From NCBI GenBank assembly GCA_965197645.1, contig OZ240219.1, positions 864,001-928,000 on the forward strand: a stretch of DNA of 64,000 bases, in the 5' to 3' direction. Position 1 is the stretch's first letter. Every line of letters starts with the position of its first letter. This stretch comes from Dehalococcoidia bacterium (GTDB lineage Bacteria > Chloroflexota > Dehalococcoidia > Plut-88900). The notes below the pieces were generated by a model. That model had not been told where the DNA came from, searched no databases, and saw only the letters and a program-made list of their open reading frames with translations. Shown one piece after another: positions 28,655 through 37,648 of the stretch. A program made the position numbers and the translations under genes.

Positions 28655-29977
28655 ATGGAAAACATGACATTGCCGCAGCAGATCGAGAGGATGGACCGGG
28701 ACAGGCTGAGGATCTACGCCGAAAACCTGGACTTCTACAATGGCCTCCAGTGGCCCGGCAGGGCCCGCCGGGGCGAGCGGCGCCTCACCTTCAACTACTC
28801 CAAGGCCTTCATCGATAAGATCACCTCATATCTCATGGCCGACCTCACCATTTCCGTCGAACCCCTGGACAGCACCGAGGAGGCGGCTCGCAAGGCCGGG
28901 GAGATCGACGAGGTCATACAGCAGGTCTACGAGGCCAACCATCTCCAGCAGCTCGATTTCGATACGGAGCTGGACACCGCCATCCTGGGCGACGGGGTCT
29001 ACAAGGTCACCTGGGACCCCCGGGAGCAGCAGGTGAGGGTCTCCGCGCCCGACGTGCAGGGCATCTACGTGTGGTGGATTGGAGACGATGTCACTCGCGT
29101 CTGGAGGGTCGCCAGCCGGTACAAGCTCTCGGCCGAGGAGGTCGAGCTTCTCTACGGCGTCAAGAACGCAGCCTCCGGGTTGAACGGCAGGAACAGGGAA
29201 TCGATGGTTGTGGAGGTGTGGACCGCCACCGGCCTGGAGATATGGATCGACAACGCGCTCCACGAGCAACGACCCAACCCCTACGGCTTCATCCCCTTCA
29301 TCGTGTTTCCCAACGTGAGGGAGCCAAAGAAATTCTGGGGCGTCTCCGACATCCCGGCCATCATCGAACCGTCCAGGGAGCTGAACCGGGCCTTCTCCCA
29401 GCTATCGATGATCCTGGAGCTGTCCGGCAACCCGATAGCCGTGCTGGAGAACGTCGAGGACGCCCAGGACATAGCGGTGCAGCCGGGGGCCGTCTGGGAG
29501 TTGCCGGAGCGGGCCCGGGCCTATCTGCTGGACCTGCTTCAGGGTGGCGGAGTAAAGCTTCACACCGATTTCATAGGCCTGGTGTACAGGGCCATTCACG
29601 ATCTATCGGAATCGCCCCGAACCAGCTTCGGCGATAACAGCCAGGGGCTGTCCGGCGTCGCGCTGGAGATGGAGCTGAATCCCCTGATCCAGAAGATCCG
29701 CCGCAAGCGACTGGTCCGGACGGCCGTTTATCAGCGCCGCATAGCGATGATCCTCAAGATACTGGAGCAGAAGCGGGGACTGAGCTTCGGTAACGTGCGT
29801 TCCCGCATCGTCTGGGGGCCGATACTGCCCCAGGACAGGGGCAAGCTGGCCCAGGAGGAAGAGCTGCTGGTGCGATCGGGCATCCACAGCCGCCGCCGCT
29901 CCATGGAAAACCTGGGCGTCCCCGATCCTGAAGCAGAGCTGACGCGGATCAGGGAGGAGGACCCTGCTGGCGCCTAG
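28655..29977 (+). CDS. Phage portal protein (SPP1 gp6-like)
   Basis: 440 aa; DFYNGLQW, FNYSKAFID, NPYGFIPFIVFPN, WGVSDI, SGVAL and W..ILP.D motifs. Confidence 0.88.
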   Translation: MENMTLPQQIERMDRDRLRIYAENLDFYNGLQWPGRARRGERRLTFNYSKAFIDKITSYLMADLTISVEPLDSTEEAARKAGEIDEVIQQVYEANHLQQLDFDTELDTAILGDGVYKVTWDPREQQVRVSAPDVQGIYVWWIGDDVTRVWRVASRYKLSAEEVELLYGVKNAASGLNGRNRESMVVEVWTATGLEIWIDNALHEQRPNPYGFIPFIVFPNVREPKKFWGVSDIPAIIEPSRELNRAFSQLSMILELSGNPIAVLENVEDAQDIAVQPGAVWELPERARAYLLDLLQGGGVKLHTDFIGLVYRAIHDLSESPRTSFGDNSQGLSGVALEMELNPLIQKIRRKRLVRTAVYQRRIAMILKILEQKRGLSFGNVRSRIVWGPILPQDRGKLAQEEELLVRSGIHSRRRSMENLGVPDPEAELTRIREEDPAGA

Positions 29978-30798
29978 TCTCGTTTCCTGGCCAGATACGT
30001 ATAGTAGTTGCAGGCGGCGAAGAAGACGCCTCGGTCCGCGTTGGAGCGCTGGTCCTCCAGCCAGGCCTCCACCTGTTCCGAGGGCAGGACGCCGGCGTCG
30101 GCCACCATCGGGGCGTAGATCTCGGCGAAGTTCTTCCAGAACCTACCGCTCCCGACCTCCGAGTAGACGTTGGGCGTGACGCTTATCAGGTCCAGCCCAA
30201 CCTCTCCCAGCAGCTGCGGCATCTCCCGCATTACCAGGGGGTTACTGACCATCACCCCTATCATCCCCTCCTCCATCTTCCTCCCCAGCTCCCTGTCCGA
30301 GCTGCCGAAGGAGAGGGAGGCGTAGTCCCCATCGAATATGGCAATCGTGCCGCCGGTCCTGACCAGCCGGGACATCTCCTTGAGCACGGCCGCCGGTTCC
30401 GTGACGTGGCTTATCAGCGTATGGGCCATGGCTGCATCGAAGCCGGCGTCCGCCAGGCCGGTGGAGTGAGCATCTCCGATCCGAAACTCGATTTTCCCGC
30501 CGATTCCCTCCTCGTCGGCCAGACGTCGGGCGACCTCTATGAAGATGGGACTGTGGTCAACCCCGACGATCCGACCCTGAAAAGCGGGTCGTTGAGCCAG
30601 CCTCCGGGCACCAACTCCCGTCCCGCATCCCATGTCCAACACGCTGGCGTGGGGATCGAGGGCGATGGCTTCCAGGTAATCGTTCATCCACCGGATGTAG
30701 TTGGGGTCCCGACCTCGGAACTCCAGCCGCTCGATCATCGAGTTTAACGTGGAGTCGTCCAGGTCGGTGGCGTATTGAAAGACATCTCGAGGGGTCAT
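29974..30798 (-). CDS. Class I SAM-dependent methyltransferase
   Basis: VLDMGCGTG, GVDHS and GDA...FD motifs; GGGAGG RBS. Confidence 0.9.
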   Translation of the reverse strand: MTPRDVFQYATDLDDSTLNSMIERLEFRGRDPNYIRWMNDYLEAIALDPHASVLDMGCGTGVGARRLAQRPAFQGRIVGVDHSPIFIEVARRLADEEGIGGKIEFRIGDAHSTGLADAGFDAAMAHTLISHVTEPAAVLKEMSRLVRTGGTIAIFDGDYASLSFGSSDRELGRKMEEGMIGVMVSNPLVMREMPQLLGEVGLDLISVTPNVYSEVGSGRFWKNFAEIYAPMVADAGVLPSEQVEAWLEDQRSNADRGVFFAACNYYTYLARKRD

Positions 30799-30871
30799 GG
30801 CTACCTCCCGGTCCAATTATAACCCTGCGATTCGTCGTCGTTGGAAGGTCGGGCGTTGTGACACCAACCGG

Positions 30872-30901
30872 TTGACTGTATTAGAACTGATATTCTACTC
30901 T
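30872..30901 (+). promoter_or_regulatory. Second promoter overlapped by the same LexA-like box
   Basis: TTGACT-18 bp-TACTCT, with TAGAACTGATATTCTA (30882-30897). Confidence 0.72.
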
Positions 30902-30940
30902 GGCCACACGTAAATCAGCCCTATTTCACGGGAGGTGTCT

Positions 30941-31378
30941 ATGGCCGAGGATACGATGGAGGAAGTGGTGGAACAGACCGAGACGGATGTAGAGGACGCT
31001 CCGGGCTTCCAGGCCGATACCGGTACAAGCGTAGAGGAGCTGGAGGGCCAGGTCAGCCGGCTTCGCGCCGACCTGGAAAAGCGGGATGAGGAGCTGGCTT
31101 CGTTGAGAGAGCAGATGACCAACTCCGCGGCCCGTTACAGGACAGCCATACTGTCCGGCGCACCCGAGGTGCCCGAGGAGCTGGTCCGCGGAGACACGGT
31201 GGAGGAGCTGGACGCATCCCTGGTCCAGGCCAGGGAGATTGTAGAGAAGGTCGCCCAACGGCTCGGTTCCCAGGTGGCATCCGAGCAGGTGCCCGCAGGC
31301 TCGCCGCCTCGTAGGCCGCCGGACCTGGTCGCAATGTCGCCCCACGAAAAGATCCTGTACGCACTGCAGAGATCGTAA
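30941..31378 (+). CDS. Putative capsid scaffolding protein
   Basis: Acidic N-terminus, coiled coil, C-terminal MSPHEKI helix; immediately upstream of the capsid gene; GGAGG RBS. Confidence 0.7.
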   Translation: MAEDTMEEVVEQTETDVEDAPGFQADTGTSVEELEGQVSRLRADLEKRDEELASLREQMTNSAARYRTAILSGAPEVPEELVRGDTVEELDASLVQAREIVEKVAQRLGSQVASEQVPAGSPPRRPPDLVAMSPHEKILYALQRS

Positions 31379-31422
31379 ACACACAGCAGCCGGAGTTACC
31401 GAGTAGCGAAAGGAGCTAAGAC

Positions 31423-32313
31423 ATGGCTTTAACTTTAGCGGAGGGCGCAAAGCTCTCAAACGACGTACTAGTTGCCGGGGTAATCGAGACCATCATCAAC
31501 GAAAGTCCGGTCCTTCAGGCTATGCCCTTCATCGAGATAGTGGGCAACAGCCTGACCTACAACCGGGAGAACGCCGCACCTTCAGTGAGCTTCTACAACG
31601 TGGGCGACACCTGGACAGAGTCCACCCCCACCTTTACCCAGGTGAGCGCCACGCTGAAGATACTGGGCGGAGATGCCGACGTGGACAACTACCTCTCCTC
31701 CACTCGCAACAACGTGCAGGACCTGGAAGCGGCGGTGGTCCAGCTCAAGGCCAAGGCCCTTCAGCAGAAGTTCGACGACACCTTCATCAACGGTGAAGTA
31801 ACCACCGATGCCAAGTCCTTCGACGGCATCGAAGAGCTGACAGTCACCAAGCAAATAGTGAGCATGGGCGCCAACGGCGGCACCCTCACCCTCGAGAAGC
31901 TGGACGAGCTGATAGATAGGGTGAAAGGCGGCAAACCCGATATGCTCATCATGAGCAAGCGCAGCCGCAGGAAGCTCTCCTCGCTGGCCCGGGCCGCAGG
32001 CAGTGGAGTCGTGGAATCGGACCGGAACGAGTTCGGCATGATGGTCCAGTTCTACGATGGCATCGCCATCGGCATCAGCGACTGGGTCTCCGACGCCAAG
32101 ACCGTGGGCACCAACAGCGACTGCTCTACAGTCTACGGCCTTCAGTACGGCGAAGGCGGCGTTGCCGGCCTTAGCGGCCCCGGTGGGTTGCAGGTGGAGC
32201 GAATCGGGAGCCTCGAGACCCGGGACGCCACCCGCACCAGGGTGAAGTGGTACGTGGCGTTGGCCCTGTTCAACACCCTCAAGCTGGCCAAGCTTACCGG
32301 AGTCAGGGACTAG
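31423..32313 (+). CDS. Major capsid protein (HK97-type)
   Basis: 296 aa; GVIETII..SPVL..MPF, YNRE, LGGDADVD, FINGE...FDGI and LDELID motifs typical of phage MCPs; position after the scaffold gene. Confidence 0.88.
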   Translation: MALTLAEGAKLSNDVLVAGVIETIINESPVLQAMPFIEIVGNSLTYNRENAAPSVSFYNVGDTWTESTPTFTQVSATLKILGGDADVDNYLSSTRNNVQDLEAAVVQLKAKALQQKFDDTFINGEVTTDAKSFDGIEELTVTKQIVSMGANGGTLTLEKLDELIDRVKGGKPDMLIMSKRSRRKLSSLARAAGSGVVESDRNEFGMMVQFYDGIAIGISDWVSDAKTVGTNSDCSTVYGLQYGEGGVAGLSGPGGLQVERIGSLETRDATRTRVKWYVALALFNTLKLAKLTGVRD

Positions 32314-32327
32314 GACGAAGAAGACGA

Positions 32328-32372
32328 GACAAGGGGCGACGCCTCATCGAAGGCGTCGCCCCGGCGCTTGTC
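32328..32372 (+). terminator. Strong GC hairpin after the capsid gene
   Basis: GACAAGGGGCGACGCCT-CATCGA-AGGCGTCGCCCC..CTTGTC. Confidence 0.55.
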
Positions 32373-32404
32373 CCCGGCATTGCGGCCGATGAAGAGGAGG
32401 AACG

Positions 32405-33043
32405 ATGACCACGATAACCGATATCAGAGGCAGGGTCCGCACGGACCTCCACGATGAAGACTCGCAGGACTACCGCTGGACCGATGCCGAGCTGGACAGG
32501 CACATAGGCCGGGCGGTGAACGAGCTCAGCCTGGCGATCCCCCTGGAGGCGAAGGCTACACTCACCACCGCGGCCGGCAGCAGGGACGTCTCCATAGCCG
32601 GTCTCTCGGATCGGGTGGCCGTCGAAGCCGTGGAGTACCCCGCGGGAAAGTATCCGCCGGCCTACGTCAGGTTCAGCATCTGGATGGACACGCTGACCAT
32701 GCACATCGATGGCGTCCCCGTGGCCGGTGAGACCGTCGCCGTCCACTACACCAGGCCTCATACCCTGGATGCCGCCGGTTCGACGGTGCCTCCGCCCCTG
32801 GAGGAGCTGGTGGCCACCGGCGCAGCCGGCTACGCTGCCCTGGAGTGGGCCAGCTTCGCCACAAACCGGATAAACGTCGGCGGCGAGGAGGTATGTAGGC
32901 AGTACCTGGCCTGGGGGCAAGACCGGATCAGCGCGTTTCTGAGTGGCCTGGCGGAACGTGGTCGCAGGAACACGGTCAGGGCACGGAGCCTTTACACCCC
33001 CTCCCGCCTACCCGAGGACAAGACTACGGTGATGGGGCCGTAA
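32405..33043 (+). CDS. Putative head-completion/adaptor protein
   Basis: N-terminal IRGRVRTDLHD...RWTDAELDRHIGRAV helix pattern typical of phage adaptor proteins; follows the MCP gene. Confidence 0.65.
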   Translation: MTTITDIRGRVRTDLHDEDSQDYRWTDAELDRHIGRAVNELSLAIPLEAKATLTTAAGSRDVSIAGLSDRVAVEAVEYPAGKYPPAYVRFSIWMDTLTMHIDGVPVAGETVAVHYTRPHTLDAAGSTVPPPLEELVATGAAGYAALEWASFATNRINVGGEEVCRQYLAWGQDRISAFLSGLAERGRRNTVRARSLYTPSRLPEDKTTVMGP

Positions 33044-33044
33044 G

Positions 33045-35036
33045 ATGAGGACCCTGTCATCGACTCTTCTGGAAGCCCAGAAAAGCGCTTCCAGCGTGCC
33101 CCACGTGAAGGTAGAAGTGTTCGACCGGATCGGCGGCGTGCCTCGTCTGCGGTTCGAACGGCACTACACCGGCTCCGAGCCCGAGGACTTTCACGCCGCC
33201 ACCATACCCTCGGACGGCTCTCTCATCAGGGCCAGAGTGGCTGGCTCCGGCCGACATTACATCTACTTGCAACGGGTCCCCAATCCCACTCCAACCAGCG
33301 ATTTTGGCTCCTGGACCCGGGCGATTCAGGTCTCCAGTGTCGCCAACATGGCCATCTGCAGCGAGGGTTCCAGAGTGCTGTTGGCCCACGTCTCCTCCAA
33401 CAAGAGGAGCATTTACGCCAGGCAGAGCGATGATAACGGACAGACCTACGGGCACAGCGTCCTGATAGCCACCTCAGCAACATCCGTCAAGTGGATGGCT
33501 GTTGCCCTGAAACCCGATGGTACCGCGTTATTCATCTACACCACGGGCGCTGCCAATCTATACACGTCGAAGCGGACCTCCAGCGGATGGTCGAATCCCA
33601 GGCCGTGGGCCAGCGGGATGTCGGATATCAGCGGCGTCAACGTGGTCTATGACAACGACTGGAACGTGGTCTTGGCCGGCAAGGATAGTCGGGGCAGGCC
33701 CGGCGTGTGGACGGCCATCTATGGAGATGGATCGTCCCGAGCGGCGAACACCTGGTCGAGCCGTAAAAACCTGACCATAGCCGACAACGGTTCCGGTCTC
33801 ACCTTCGAGTCCCCCTTCATCGCCAAGCCCGGCTCCTATCGGGTCACCTTCGTCGAACGATACAGGGGGTCCTCCTCCTACGATCTGCCGTTTCTCTCTT
33901 TCACCATGCCCAACTCCGGTTTCTCCAGTAACTTGTGGCGAGAACCCGTCCCCCTCAATCTCACCAGTACGAGGGGTATAGCCGTAGCCCACGGCGCCGA
34001 TCGGGTCTGGCTCTCTACCCCCTCCGGAGTGTGGTCGGCTGTGCGAGACGCAGCGCCCCTGGACATCAGCCAGGACGTGCTGAGCGTCAAACAGTCTCTA
34101 TCGGCCTACTCCGGTGAGATGAAGATGGAGCTGCGCAATGATGATGGGAAATACAACAGCGTCGGCGCCGGCCCCCTGGACATGCTGCAAAAAGGATCGG
34201 AGATACGGCTGGGCCTTGGCTATCGTACCAGCGCCGGTATCGAGGTCTCCTCCGGGTCCACCGTTTGGATAGAGAGCTGGGAATACCGGCGTCACGGCGG
34301 GAGGTCCACCATAGCTATCACCGCCAGGGACTGGTGGGGACTGTTGGAGACCTGGAAGGCTCGCAGGCAGTTCACCTGGGCGGAGGGCGACAGCAACGTT
34401 GCACCTCTCCTGGCCGCCGTTCTGGCCCGCGCAGGACTGGGGTTTGTCCCCGGAGCCTCGGTAAGCGCCGCCATGTCCAGCCACTCTCCGTCGTTCACCA
34501 TACATCCCGGGGAGTCTGCGGCTACGGCCGTGAAGCGTCTGCTATCGATGGTGCCGGACGTGGTGTTCTTCTCCTTTACGAGGTGCACCTCTCTCAACCC
34601 CCGCGCCTCCGACCCCAGCGCCTACAGCTACGGCACCGACCACCCGGTCCTGGAGTCCCGACACCGAGACCCGGCGCCTGAATTCAACCGGGTGCAGGTC
34701 TTCGGCGCATCCGTATTCAACGAGAGCTATGACTGGACCGACATGCACCTGGTCTATGATCGACTCAGGCAGGTACACGACCTCAATCTGAACACCTCGC
34801 AAAAGGCCGTCGCCCAGGTGGCCAGGGAACTGAGGCACCAGACAATGAGCAGCGACCGGGGCGAGATCACCGTCCCCGCCAACGCCGGTCAGGAGCTCTA
34901 CGACGTCGTGGACGTGACCGATCCGGCGGCCGGCATGCAGGCGATCAAGCGGCGGGTCATGGGCCTCCGCACCGAGTACCGGACGAATGGCAACCGGCCC
35001 GGATTTACCCAGACCCTGTATCTGGGCAATGTGTAA
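33045..35036 (+). CDS. Virion structural protein: propeller-like N-terminus plus baseplate hub-like C-terminus
   Basis: Asp-box-like SDDNGQTY and Trp/Gly beta repeats in the N-terminus; LRNDDGKY, NRVQVFG and ELYDVVDVTD...TQTLYLG resemble hub/Tal C-termini. Confidence 0.55.
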   Translation: MRTLSSTLLEAQKSASSVPHVKVEVFDRIGGVPRLRFERHYTGSEPEDFHAATIPSDGSLIRARVAGSGRHYIYLQRVPNPTPTSDFGSWTRAIQVSSVANMAICSEGSRVLLAHVSSNKRSIYARQSDDNGQTYGHSVLIATSATSVKWMAVALKPDGTALFIYTTGAANLYTSKRTSSGWSNPRPWASGMSDISGVNVVYDNDWNVVLAGKDSRGRPGVWTAIYGDGSSRAANTWSSRKNLTIADNGSGLTFESPFIAKPGSYRVTFVERYRGSSSYDLPFLSFTMPNSGFSSNLWREPVPLNLTSTRGIAVAHGADRVWLSTPSGVWSAVRDAAPLDISQDVLSVKQSLSAYSGEMKMELRNDDGKYNSVGAGPLDMLQKGSEIRLGLGYRTSAGIEVSSGSTVWIESWEYRRHGGRSTIAITARDWWGLLETWKARRQFTWAEGDSNVAPLLAAVLARAGLGFVPGASVSAAMSSHSPSFTIHPGESAATAVKRLLSMVPDVVFFSFTRCTSLNPRASDPSAYSYGTDHPVLESRHRDPAPEFNRVQVFGASVFNESYDWTDMHLVYDRLRQVHDLNLNTSQKAVAQVARELRHQTMSSDRGEITVPANAGQELYDVVDVTDPAAGMQAIKRRVMGLRTEYRTNGNRPGFTQTLYLGNV

Positions 35037-35132
35037 AGAAGGCGTTCCAGGCTTCCTAGCCTTGAGCCCGACTTGGGCTCGCCGAAGTATGGGTGTCTGG
35101 GCCTTGGTCGACGACTTGGAAGGAGAGTACCA

Positions 35133-35345
35133 ATGCAGACCAGAAAAGGCGTCATAAAGGGTTTCAACTCAAGCAGCTATCTGGCCACGGTGCAGATCTC
35201 CGGCAGCCTCTCGGTCTGGCTGGAGGGCGTTCCCGTAGCCCGAAACATCCCATCGGGGCAGATGGTGACCGGCAGGAACTGCGCAGTCCTCTTCTTCGAT
35301 CCCAGCAACCCCAAAGACGGCGTGGTAACGGCAGTGTACACCTGA
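35133..35345 (+). CDS. Small OB-fold-like protein (spike/gpV N-terminal-like)
   Basis: 70 aa; GVIKGF..ATVQI...WL.GVPV...GRNCAVLF.D..NP.DGVV.AVY pattern. Confidence 0.55.
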   Translation: MQTRKGVIKGFNSSSYLATVQISGSLSVWLEGVPVARNIPSGQMVTGRNCAVLFFDPSNPKDGVVTAVYT

Positions 35346-35472
35346 TCGCCACCCCGCTCGCTCCCTACTCCCGTGCTATAATGCCCGAGCCGTGGCGTTG
35401 AGGGCGTTCCTGAAAGGAGCGCCCGATTTTCATTGTGAACTATAGGCGAGTACGCTCCGGCGCGGAGTTCCC

Positions 35473-36723
35473 TTGCAGCGTCCCGTAGATCGGCCCTCGG
35501 CCTACCGGTGGGTCATCGTATTTTCGCTCACTTCATCGGTGGGCACCACCCTCTCTATTCTGTTCATCCTGGGACTACTCCTACCCGAGATATCAAAAGA
35601 TCTGGACCTTTCGCCCTCTAAACAAGGCTGGCTGGGTTCCTCGGTACTGCTGGCAAACCTGTTCCTGTGCATACCCAGCAACCTGGTCACATCCAGGTTC
35701 AAGCCCAGACGTACCGTAACCCTGCTCTTCATCTGCATAGGAGGGTTCACGTTGCTCCAGGGGTGGGCGTCCGCTTTGGCAGTCCTCATCGTGGGACGGG
35801 TCTTATGCGGGGTCTGCTTCACGGCCACCCAGTCGCCCAGGGCGACGCTGATACAGCAGTGGACCCCTCGTCACCGGCTCCCCTTTACCAACGGCGTGAT
35901 CTTCGCCGGCATAGACCTGATTATGGGACTGGCCCTGTTCTTGACCCCCCAGATTCAGGACTGGGTGGGCGGCTGGCAGAACACACTTTACGTCTGGGGA
36001 GCCATATCCTTGGCCCTCACCGTCGTATGGCTGTTGGTCGGAAGGGAGAGGGAGACCGCCGAGTTCACGGCGCGGATGCGATCTCAAACCCAGGCTCCCC
36101 TCAAGGGGGTGCTGAAGTATAAACAGCTGTGGATCATGGGCTTCGGCATGATGGGCGCCATGCTGGGCCAGACCGCCTTGCAGACCTTCTGGCCGACCCT
36201 GGCCGAAAAGGAGTTGGGAGTAACACCGACCATCGTTGGCCTCGCTCTGGGCATGACCACCCTCGCTGCCGCACCCACCGATTTTCTGGTCAATGCAGTA
36301 CCCACCCTCGTCCGAAGGCAGACGATAATACTGGCCGTCGGTGGGTTGATGTCCACCGGCATCTTCCTGGCCCTCCTCTACGTAGAGTCCGAACCGCTGA
36401 TCGTCCTGCTGAGCGTATTTAAGGGGTTCTCCTTCTCTTTCTTCCCGGTACTGATGATAATGGTGTTTCTGCTGCCGGGAATCAAACCGCGAGAGGTGGG
36501 CTTGGGGCTGGCATTCATGGAGACCTCCATCTGGGTCGGGTCCGCCATCGGCCCCCTGTTGGTCGGGTTCCTGCAGGAGGCCACCGATAACCTTCGCTTC
36601 GCACTTACGGTGTCCTCCTTCTCCCCCCTATCCCTGATCATAGCGGCCTTCTTGATTCAAGCTGTACGGCGTTCCACTCCATCGGAGATACCCGCCGGCA
36701 CCCTGGCCAAAACGGGCTCGTGA
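35473..36723 (+). CDS. MFS transporter
   Basis: About 12 hydrophobic segments; LLPEISKDLDLS..QG, GRVLCG and GSAIGPLLVG motifs. Confidence 0.85.
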   Translation: MQRPVDRPSAYRWVIVFSLTSSVGTTLSILFILGLLLPEISKDLDLSPSKQGWLGSSVLLANLFLCIPSNLVTSRFKPRRTVTLLFICIGGFTLLQGWASALAVLIVGRVLCGVCFTATQSPRATLIQQWTPRHRLPFTNGVIFAGIDLIMGLALFLTPQIQDWVGGWQNTLYVWGAISLALTVVWLLVGRERETAEFTARMRSQTQAPLKGVLKYKQLWIMGFGMMGAMLGQTALQTFWPTLAEKELGVTPTIVGLALGMTTLAAAPTDFLVNAVPTLVRRQTIILAVGGLMSTGIFLALLYVESEPLIVLLSVFKGFSFSFFPVLMIMVFLLPGIKPREVGLGLAFMETSIWVGSAIGPLLVGFLQEATDNLRFALTVSSFSPLSLIIAAFLIQAVRRSTPSEIPAGTLAKTGS

Positions 36724-36789
36724 TATAATCGGAACGTTCGGGGGCGTTCCCAAAGCGGGGGACGCCCAGTTTCAATTCTGGAGCTAATC

Positions 36790-37578
36790 ATGAGGTTGGA
36801 GGGCAAGGTCGCAATCGTAACCGGAGCCACCTCGGGCATCGGCAGGGGCACAGCCGAGCTGTTCGCCAGGGAAGGGGCCCGGGTCGTGGTGGTGGGACGT
36901 ACTGAGCAGGCCGGCGAAAGGGTGGTCGAAGGGATCCGGTCTAGTGGAGGCCAGGCGATTTTCGTCAGGGCCGATGTTGCCGTGTCCGAAGACGTGCAGC
37001 GTATGATAGCCGGCACCATCGAGGCCTACGGCAAGCTGGATGTCCTTTTCAACAATGCCGGTATGAGTGACCGGGGCAAGGTCGCCGACCAGTCCGAGGA
37101 TGAATGGCACAGGATAGTGGCCGTCAATCTGACGGGGACCTTTCTCTGCATGAAGTACGCCGTGCCGGAGATGATAAAGGCCGGTGGCGGCTCCATCATC
37201 AACAACTCGTCCATGTGGGCCATATCCGCCACCCACAGGTGCTCCGGCGCCTACGCCGCCTCCAAAGCCGGGGTGATCATGCTCGGCAAGCAGGCCGCTC
37301 TCCACTACGCCCCGAACAAAATCCGGGTCAACAGTATCCTGCCGGGCGACGTTGCCAAGACCGGCCACGACGTCGATGAGGAGTACTACCGAGATCCTGA
37401 GGTAGTGAGGAGACTCGAAGGGATGCAGCCGCTGCCGGTGATGGCCACTCCGACGGAGATCGCCTACTCCGCTCTCTACCTGGCCTCCGACGAGTCCTCC
37501 TTCGTAACCGGGGCCAGCCTCGTCATAGACGGGGGCATGACCAGCGCCGAGATCGTGGCCGGCAGGACCACCGGTTGA
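36790..37578 (+). CDS. SDR family oxidoreductase
   Basis: TGATSGIG, NNAG, YAASK and IRVNSILPG motifs. Confidence 0.95.
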   Translation: MRLEGKVAIVTGATSGIGRGTAELFAREGARVVVVGRTEQAGERVVEGIRSSGGQAIFVRADVAVSEDVQRMIAGTIEAYGKLDVLFNNAGMSDRGKVADQSEDEWHRIVAVNLTGTFLCMKYAVPEMIKAGGGSIINNSSMWAISATHRCSGAYAASKAGVIMLGKQAALHYAPNKIRVNSILPGDVAKTGHDVDEEYYRDPEVVRRLEGMQPLPVMATPTEIAYSALYLASDESSFVTGASLVIDGGMTSAEIVAGRTTG

Positions 37579-37648
37579 ACAGCCTTCCCACCGGTTGACG
37601 GTCCACAACGCCGGTCCCTTTGCCCACATCCTAGAGCAGACATCCTTT

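Noticed and set aside
31423-32313. Encapsulin nanocompartment shell
   Set aside because: The linked portal, terminase and scaffold genes indicate a DNA-packaging capsid.
25943-35345. Intact temperate prophage
   Set aside because: No integrase, att repeats, repressor, replication or lysis module was seen, and both flanks are host genes. A decayed remnant is not fully excluded.
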